A stretch of DNA of 64,000 bases from Steroidobacteraceae bacterium. Its GTDB lineage: Bacteria > Pseudomonadota > Gammaproteobacteria > Steroidobacterales > Steroidobacteraceae. Positions 63,748 to 64,000 of the stretch are shown one piece after another. A model generated the notes under the pieces. That model ran no database searches. It saw nothing but the letters and a program-made list of their open reading frames with translations, and had not been told where the DNA came from. Within the stretch, counting starts at the first letter, position 1; each line of letters begins with the position of its first letter. Both the position numbers and the translations under genes were made by a program. The DNA lies in NCBI GenBank assembly GCA_039929265.1, contig JBDSRN010000067.1:1033-65032 (forward strand), read 5' to 3'.

Positions 63748-64000
63748 ATGACCACGCCGCTGCGGCTCCTGGTCTCGCTGATCGTTTCGGCAGCCTTCTG
63801 GGCGCTGATCATCAAGCTGGCGGCGCGTATCTACCGACATACCAATCTGAGCTGGAAGCATGCGCTGCAGTTCGCGCTGCTGCTGTTCGTCGTGGTATTC
63901 GGACTGCAGTTCGGGCTCGCGAGACTGAAAGTCGTCGGCAATCTCTACGTGGGTTTCGCCTCCGGGCTCGTGGTGATCCTGGCAATCGGCGGCTGGTTTC
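63748..64000 (+). CDS. hypothetical membrane protein, 5' part (continues beyond window)
   Basis: The ATG 63748 start opens a hydrophobic frame (MTTPLRLLVSLIVSAAFWALIIKLAA…LLLFVVVFGLQ…) that stays open to the window end. Confidence 0.45.
   Translation, partial: MTTPLRLLVSLIVSAAFWALIIKLAARIYRHTNLSWKHALQFALLLFVVVFGLQFGLARLKVVGNLYVGFASGLVVILAIGGWF

Overview
This is a high-GC chromosomal window (about 70% G+C in a hand-counted typical 60-nt line). Gene content and synteny suggest a gammaproteobacterium, possibly Xanthomonadales/Nevskiales-like; that placement is inference only. Most of the window is densely packed core housekeeping: the gyrB 3' end, glyQS, glnA-ntrBC, trmL/gpsA/secB/grxC/rhodanese/envC/ctpA, tatABC-dtd, cytochrome c4, rsmG-parAB and the full atpIBEFHAGDC operon. 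I saw no rRNA, tRNA or CRISPR array. Two regions stand out. (1) 5696-19312 is a 13.6-kb, eight-gene, fully translationally coupled MoxR AAA+/vWA 'Bat-like' operon. Its conserved but functionally uncharacterised 3' module is MoxR, DUF58, a double-TM vWA protein, a giant Gln/Gly-rich DUF4175/TIGR02302-like protein and DUF4159. Upstream of that sit three extra genes: a TM-vWA protein, a secreted legumain/C13-like protein whose catalytic Cys is replaced by Ser, and a secreted TPR-flanked HExxH...WLxEG gluzincin. This is my best candidate for an undescribed envelope system. (2) 60.5-63.3 kb, downstream of the atp operon, is a GC-poor accessory patch. It starts with a decayed N-terminal fragment of an integron-type tyrosine recombinase and continues with divergently oriented cassette-like ORFs that lack recognisable attC sites. 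Smaller observations include a perfect 11-2-11 palindrome in front of an ArsR-SRPBCC pair, a sigma-54 promoter for glnA, a GGDEF(degenerate)-EAL gene inserted between envC and ctpA, and several start-codon corrections relative to the raw ORF track. All protein-family calls come from motif recognition by eye, because no database search was possible.
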